Assembly (NCBI GenBank): GCA_003139775.1
Contig: PLGI01000075.1
Coordinates: 1 to 57,491, forward strand
Source: Syntrophaceae bacterium
GTDB lineage: Bacteria > Desulfobacterota > Syntrophia > Syntrophales > Smithellaceae
Reading direction: 5' to 3'
DNA length: 57,491 nucleotides
Within the stretch, counting starts at the first letter, position 1. Each line of letters begins with the position of its first letter. Made by a program: the position numbers and the translations under genes. Positions 55,237-57,491 of this stretch are shown piece by piece. The notes under the pieces are model-generated. The model searched no databases and was not told the origin of the DNA. It was given only the letters and a program-made list of their open reading frames with translations.

Positions 55237-57369
55237 TCAACGTCCGGGTATACCAGCCTCGGCGTGCAGCACCGGCGGCGCACGCAGGGCTGACCCCAGC
55301 GTCACCATATCGAGGAGAACGTTGACGCTCTCGTTCACGAACGGAACATACTGGTCCCTGGCTTTCTTCTTAAGCTCGGTCGGCGTTTCCTTCTTCTTGA
55401 CGCCGCCTTCCTTCTCCACCTCCTTGCGTAAGTCGGCGAGTCGGATGACACCCTTCTTGCCGGCGGCCTCTTTGTTGTTCTTGATAATCTCGGCAAACTT
55501 AGCATCTTTGGCGACCCGGGCCTGGGACCTTGCTGCCAGCTTCGCGAGCAGGGGCTGCTCCATAGGTTTCCATAGTGGCGCGGCGTCTCCCTGCACGCCG
55601 AGGAAGGGTGTAATTGCCTGGGCCGGAAGCGGGTAATCAAGGGCCTTTTCACCAACATCTTCGAGAATGAACCAGATAGGCAGCCGCACATCTGCTTCCA
55701 CGCCAATTTTCTGCGTAGACTTGCCTCCGGGCAGGAAATACAGACTCGTGGTGACTTTCATGGCGCCCAGTTCCCAGGGCAGAGGCGTCAGTTCCTGCAC
55801 GGACCCCTTGCCGAAGGTATGGTCCGACCCGACGATCACAGCGCGATGGTAGTCTTTGAGAGCGCCCGCCACGATCTCGCTTGCCGATGCGCTCAAGCGG
55901 CTCGTCAGCACGACAAGGGGGCCCGTATAGACCGCGCGGGGGTCTTCCGCAGGGAACGCAATCACTTTGCGCTTGTCGCCTTCCGTCCCCGAGGAGGCAG
56001 AACCATTGGCAAGAATCGTCACCTGCTCGCGTATGTCTTTGGTCGCCACGACTCCGCCCTTGTCAAGAAAAAGGCCGGCAAGGCGCACCGCCTCCGTGAG
56101 CAGGCCTCCCCCATTGCGCGACAGGTCCAGCACGATCCCATCGACATGCTGACGTTTGGCCTCAGCGAGAAGGCTTTTCACGTCTTCATAGCAGGATTTA
56201 TTTTCCTTCTCGTCGCCATAAAAGGAAGGAAGATCGATCACGCCGAAATGATACTGCCGGCCGGCCACAGTCCGTGTCTCATAGGAGATTTTGGCTTCCT
56301 GCTCCTTGATGTCGATCTTGTCGCGCGTGATCGTGGCGGCAAAGCGGTTCGTGTGTTCCGCCTGCCGCAGGATTGTCAGGGTTACCTGCGTGTCTTTCTT
56401 GCCGCGGATCATCTTGATAATGTCGTGCAGGTCCATGTCGATGACGTTAACGGGCTTTTCCCCTTCCTGGGCCACGGCGATGATCTTGTCCTTCGGCTTC
56501 AGCAGTCCCGAACGCTCGGCGCCTCCCCCGGGGATCAACTCCTCAATGACGGTAAAGCCATTGTCACTGCTGAGGACGGCCCCGATCCCCTCCAGAGAAA
56601 GCTGCATCTGAATCCGGAGGTCCTCAAAGTCTTCGGGAGGCAGGTAGCTCGTGTGCGGATCCAGAGCCAGGGCGAATGCCTCGGCGAAGCTCGTAATGAG
56701 CTTTTCAGAATTGCGCTCGACCACCCGCATCGTCTGCAGCTCGTAGCGGTGAATCTGCTGCTTCTTGGCCTCCGCCAAGTCGACGCCTGCCAACAGAGCA
56801 TTTTCAATCTGGAATTGCACAATCTTTCTCAAGAGCGCATGCTTTTCCGCCGTCGTCTTCACATAGGGGCGCTTGTTCACGTTAACATTCAGCTCCACCG
56901 TCTCGTCGAGTCGGTAGTCCGGCCCCAGAATCTTTTTGACAATGGCCTCAGTCTCCCGCGCCCGCGCGACGAGTATGTCGTATACCTGAATAAGCGAAGC
57001 ACAGTCGCCCGCTTGTACGCTTGCAAACACGCCTTGCAGAACCGGCTTTAGCCTTTCCAAATCGGACTCGTACAGCAGCGTTTTAGAGGGGTCCAGACTC
57101 TTGATCATCTGGTCGATGGCGTGAGTCTTGATCTCCCCGGTCATCTTCTTCATCTCGTAGTGGTTGTCCAGGAACATTCCCATCAGCATGGGCAGGCGGC
57201 GGCATGTAAGGTTTTCAGCCACTGAGGAAATGGGCAACAACAAGATCAGCAGCAGAATCAGCAGCAGCTTCTGGAAACATAACCCGCCCTTGCTGCTGAA
57301 ACGGGTATGGTGATTGTCTCCGTGGGTATTTTCGGAGATGTTTTCGTCTCTTCTATCGCACATGCTCAT
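55237..57369 (-). CDS. prc: C-terminal processing protease (S41, Prc/Tsp type)
   Basis: LDPHTSY, GIGAVL (PDZ), LDLSRNGGG, SASASEIVAGAL, TFGKGSVQ motifs; start codon uncertain. Confidence 0.88.
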   Translation of the reverse strand: MSMCDRRDENISENTHGDNHHTRFSSKGGLCFQKLLLILLLILLLPISSVAENLTCRRLPMLMGMFLDNHYEMKKMTGEIKTHAIDQMIKSLDPSKTLLYESDLERLKPVLQGVFASVQAGDCASLIQVYDILVARARETEAIVKKILGPDYRLDETVELNVNVNKRPYVKTTAEKHALLRKIVQFQIENALLAGVDLAEAKKQQIHRYELQTMRVVERNSEKLITSFAEAFALALDPHTSYLPPEDFEDLRIQMQLSLEGIGAVLSSDNGFTVIEELIPGGGAERSGLLKPKDKIIAVAQEGEKPVNVIDMDLHDIIKMIRGKKDTQVTLTILRQAEHTNRFAATITRDKIDIKEQEAKISYETRTVAGRQYHFGVIDLPSFYGDEKENKSCYEDVKSLLAEAKRQHVDGIVLDLSRNGGGLLTEAVRLAGLFLDKGGVVATKDIREQVTILANGSASSGTEGDKRKVIAFPAEDPRAVYTGPLVVLTSRLSASASEIVAGALKDYHRAVIVGSDHTFGKGSVQELTPLPWELGAMKVTTSLYFLPGGKSTQKIGVEADVRLPIWFILEDVGEKALDYPLPAQAITPFLGVQGDAAPLWKPMEQPLLAKLAARSQARVAKDAKFAEIIKNNKEAAGKKGVIRLADLRKEVEKEGGVKKKETPTELKKKARDQYVPFVNESVNVLLDMVTLGSALRAPPVLHAEAGIPGR

Positions 57370-57447
57370 GTTCTCTGTTCTTCCCGCCGTATCGGGGCAC
57401 GGCTGTCCATTCTTTTTTTGCTCTATATGAGAAATTATACAATTGTG

Positions 57448-57476
57448 AGATTAGAAGGGTGGAAGTGTTCTGTCAA
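57448..57476 (-). promoter_or_regulatory. sigma70-type promoter for the protease gene
   Basis: TTGACA-17 nt-TAATCT. Confidence 0.5.
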
Positions 57477-57491
57477 GAGAAAAAGAAAAAC

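Overview
Chromosomal window from an anaerobic bacterium, most likely a Syntrophales/Smithella-like deltaproteobacterium (inferred from gene content). From left to right it holds: (1) a W/Mo aldehyde:ferredoxin oxidoreductase divergent from SCP2, an M24-fold hydrolase and LysE; (2) an electron-bifurcation cluster (HdrD-like, hdrA, flxDCBA, nfnAB); (3) engB and an AT-rich SIR2-like gene bracketed by two inverted 122-bp miniature elements; (4) a sigma54 two-component system divergent from a stand-alone ATP synthase c-subunit gene, which has a -24/-12 promoter and is followed by an output-less Cache membrane protein and an AtpZ/I-like gene; (5) rnpB head-to-head with rpmH-rnpA-yidD-yidC-jag-mnmE, without dnaA or mnmG; (6) a complete shikimate/Phe/Tyr operon with an unannotated Tyr/Trp/Phe-rich leader peptide and tandem terminators, followed by cobB, NRDE/TANGO2 and an HDAC-family gene; (7) homospermidine synthase with an ornithine decarboxylase, a decayed alpha/beta-hydrolase, pbpG and an ABC pair; (8) cstA bracketed by long imperfect inverted repeats, and a C-terminal processing protease. 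Several MITE/REP-like repeat families fill the intergenic gaps. No CRISPR array, tRNA, rRNA or transposase was seen. All calls come from motif recognition by eye; no database search was run.
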